A stretch of DNA of 63,942 nucleotides, the filler included, from Octopus bimaculoides (taxonomy: Eukaryota): the NCBI RefSeq assembly GCF_001194135.2. It is 8 parts of 7 records of this genome, joined end to end, with 100 filler letters (N's around TTAATTAATTAA, not from the genome) between each part and the next. Parts side by side here need not be neighbours in the genome. Positions count along the whole stretch, not along the records: positions 58,911 to 63,942 come from NC_069002.1; 7 more parts are not named here. One strand, given 5' to 3'. Shown one piece after another: positions 63,333 through 63,942 of this stretch; the stretch's first letter is position 1, and each line of letters begins with the position of its first letter. A model generated the notes under the pieces. It was not told the DNA's origin. It saw nothing but the letters and a program-made list of their open reading frames with translations, and made no database searches. A program made the translations under genes and the position numbers.

Positions 63333-63580
63333 CAACAAAAACAACAACAGCAACAACAACAACAACAATAATAATAATAATGATAATAATAATAGTGATA
63401 ATAATAATAGTGATGATGATGATGATGATGAGGAGGAGGAGGAGGAGGAGGAGGAGGAGGTTATGGTGGTAATGGCGGTGATGGTGGTGGTGATGATGAT
63501 GTCGATGATAATGATGATGATGAGGGGGAGGAGGTGGAGAAGGAGGAGGAGGAAGAGGCGGAGGAGGAGGAGGAAATTAA
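63282..63580. repeat. Compound trinucleotide repeats (AAT, AAC, GAT, GAG, GGT)
   Basis: Directly visible. Confidence 0.95.
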
Positions 63581-63837
63581 TAATATATAAATGGGACGAA
63601 GTATAGATTGTGAAGATATAACATAAGTGTAATATTTGGGATAATATCTACGTTCATGGGATTAAGACAAATATATTCCTGATTTAAAGTGTGTGAAAGA
63701 TATCTCTTTTCTTACAAGGTGTATGTGTATACTTGTAACACATAACAGAATGGTATATACGCATGCACACATACATACATGTGTGTGCGTATGTATATGG
63801 ATATATGTATAGATGTATACACATCATAAATATATAC

Positions 63838-63888
<51 letters not shown>

Positions 63889-63891
63889 CAC

Positions 63892-63924
<33 letters not shown>

Positions 63925-63942
63925 CATACGTATATATATATA

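Overview
Repeat-dense, AT-rich eukaryotic genomic DNA from a gapped draft assembly. The SINE families, microsatellite load and retroelements suggest an octopod cephalopod, probably Octopus (inference). Seven 100-nt blocks (44 N + TTAATTAATTAA + 44 N) are artificial stop linkers, so adjacency across them is not guaranteed. Content: (i) decayed Penelope-like elements (RT, GIY-YIG) and about 7 minimal type I hammerhead-ribozyme-like motifs in PLE-type tails; (ii) decayed RTE, R4/Dong-like, CR1/L2-like and possibly copia retroelements; (iii) many copies of three tRNA-derived SINE families; (iv) an internally deleted Tc1 element, two hAT MITEs with 8-bp TSDs, Helitron-like fragments and several large palindromes; (v) an intron-retaining tRNA-Tyr pseudogene; (vi) a hand-built, phase-consistent 7-exon minus-strand gene fragment (33993-38518) that may encode divergent tandem C2 domains, plus isolated candidate exons. 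Most ORFs in the track are microsatellite or N-gap artefacts. No CRISPR or rRNA was seen. All homology calls come from motif recognition by eye; no searches were run.
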